Origin: Macrostomum hystrix
Lineage: Eukaryota > Animalia > Platyhelminthes
Direction of reading: 5' to 3'
Length of the DNA: 64,000 nt
NCBI GenBank assembly: GCA_950097015.1
Contig: CATNEN010000008.1
Coordinates: forward strand, 4,154,001 to 4,218,000
Part shown: piece after piece, positions 62,701 to 64,000 of the stretch
Layout: each line of letters begins with the position of its first letter
Position numbering within the stretch: the stretch's first letter is position 1
The notes under the pieces: model-generated
Databases searched by the model: none
Seen by the model: the letters and a program-made list of their open reading frames with translations, nothing else
Told to the model about the DNA's origin: nothing
Made by a program: the position numbers and the translations under genes

Positions 62701-63415
62701 GGGATAATAATGGATGATTAGGAGTGGGGATAAAATGGATGATTGGGATAATAATGGAGGATAAGGAGTGGGGATAAAATGGATGATTGGGATAATAATG
62801 GATGATTATGAGTGGGGATAATAATGGATGATTGGGAGTGGGGATAATAATGGATGATTGGGATAATAATGGATGATTGGGATAATAATGGATGATTAGG
62901 AGCGGGGAGAATAATGGATGATTGGGATAATAATGGATGATTAGGAGTGGGGATAATAATGGATGATTGGGATAATAATGGATGATTAGGAGTGGGGATA
63001 ATAATGGATGATTGGGATAATAATGGATGATTAGGAGTGGGGATAATAATGGATGATTGGGAGTGGGGAGGCGCACCTGCTGATTGGCCATGAGGCTGGC
63101 AGCAGGCCGATAGGTAACGCCGGTGGCTGGGAGGCGAATGGCCGAGCCGGAGCTGGACCAGGTGCCGTTGAGGCTGAACCTGGCCGAAGCCCAACCTCCG
63201 GCAACGCCTCCACCCGGATGCTGCGCTGAGAACTCTAGCAGGCAGCCGACAACGTCGCCAACGCGCCAGCGTCGCCAGCGATAGCGCCGACGATCCTGAC
63301 GACCTCGATGCCACAGGCAGCCTCGGCAACCGTCGATACCGACGCTGGCGGCGTCGTCGCCGACGCCGAGACCTTCGTCGCGCAGTAGCGGCGTGTCAGT
63401 AGAGGCCCAACCAAT
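56781..63415 (-). CDS. RSPRY1: RING finger and SPRY domain-containing protein 1, last two coding exons
   Basis: Exon 63415-63077 (not in the ORF track in this frame) reads IGWASTD...EGLGVGDD...DGCR...W...GDVVGCLL...FSLNG...AASLMANQQ. It joins in phase 0 to exon 57218-56781: VRFNFG..PFRY.PP...CLVCADRPSGVRLMPCGHSGLCSVCPGRLAACPLCR. This matches the RSPRY1 SPRY plus C-terminal RING as I recall it. Upstream exons not found in the window. Confidence 0.85.
57270..57688. repeat. GGATGATTAGGAGTGGGGATAATAAT-type minisatellite, left part (RSPRY1 intron)
   Basis: Same units resume after the foldback insertion. Confidence 0.9.
57689..61951. mobile_element. Foldback-type non-autonomous DNA element with inverted minisatellite arms
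   Basis: 13-bp TIR CCCGGTTGCCAAA / TTTGGCAACCGGG; apparent 3-bp AAT duplication in the host array. Left arm (~57930-59480) is TGGCCCATATTGGCCCACATATAC repeats, right arm (~60100-61650) is its reverse complement, with a ~600-bp unique spacer. Confidence 0.8.
61952..63065. repeat. GGATGATTAGGAGTGGGGATAATAAT-type minisatellite, right part (RSPRY1 intron)
   Basis: Alternating ~26-bp and ~19-bp units up to the exon boundary. Confidence 0.9.
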
Positions 63416-63487
63416 CTGCCGAATAGAGCGGTCAGAGGATTAGCGAACTAGTGACCACCGAGAAACAGGCTAAACAGTAGCAAAAAA

Positions 63488-63912
63488 CTAACTAAGAACT
63501 TTAACTGTTGCTGGGGGGCATTAGTTCTCTGCTGCTGGGGGGCATTAGTTCTCTGCTGCTGGGGGGCATTAGTTCTCTGCTGCTAGGGGCATTAGTTCTC
63601 TGCTGCTAGGGGCATTAGTTCTCTGCTGCTGGGGGGCATTAGTTCTCTGCTGCTGGGGGGCATTAGTTCTCTGCTGCTGGGGGGCATTAGTTCTCTGCTG
63701 CTAGGGGCATTAGTTCTCTGCTGCTAGGGGCATTAGTTCTCTGCTGCTGGGGGGCATTAGTTCTCTGCTGCTGGGGGGCATTAGTTCTCTGCTGCTGGGG
63801 GGCATTATTTCTCTGCTGCTAGGGGCATTAGTTCTCTGCTGCTGGGGGGCATTATTTCTCTGCTGCTAGGGGCATTAGTTCTCGACTGCTGGGGGGCATT
63901 CGTTCTCTGCTG
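63488..63912. repeat. ~24-bp minisatellite TTAGTTCTCTGCTGCTGGGGGGCA
   Basis: About 18 copies. Confidence 0.9.
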
Positions 63913-64000
63913 CTGATCGGATGCCATTGTTGAAGGTCTCAACAGTCTCGACCCCGATGCTCCAGACGGTGATGAAGAGAACCCTGGTGACTGGGAAGCT

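Noticed and set aside
63915-64000. GC-rich unique sequence at the right edge as a further RSPRY1 exon
   Set aside because: No minus-strand frame matches the expected YYEV...GVMQ segment; too short to assign.

Overview
Eukaryotic (animal) genomic DNA with GT-AG spliced genes. GC-rich, polyQ-bearing exons and introns filled with minisatellites are the pattern I associate with the flatworm Macrostomum; the species is an inference. Three conserved genes are recognisable on the minus strand: EDEM3-like (GH47, probably running off the left edge), an MCF2L/DBS-like RhoGEF (Sec14-spectrin-DH-PH-SH3, 7 exons) and the last two exons of RSPRY1. There is also a two-TM protein gene with a probable 24-aa-repeat tail. 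The centre (21-54 kb) holds eight paralogous units of an unnamed secreted protein family. Each unit is a signal-peptide exon (disrupted in one copy) plus two phase-1/phase-1 exons, each encoding an AbfB/CBM42-like beta-trefoil. The units are mosaics: near-identical domain cores are reassorted among copies, while signal exons, introns and the presumed sugar-binding segment differ. This is the best candidate for an undescribed system (a diversified lectin or recognition cluster). Mobile DNA comprises a defective mariner, six copies of a tRNA-derived SINE, a LINE 3' fragment and a 4.3-kb foldback element inside an RSPRY1 intron. Most long ORFs in the supplied track over repeat arrays are artefacts. 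Exon boundaries were read by eye from splice signals and frame, and all family calls are from motif recall, not database searches.
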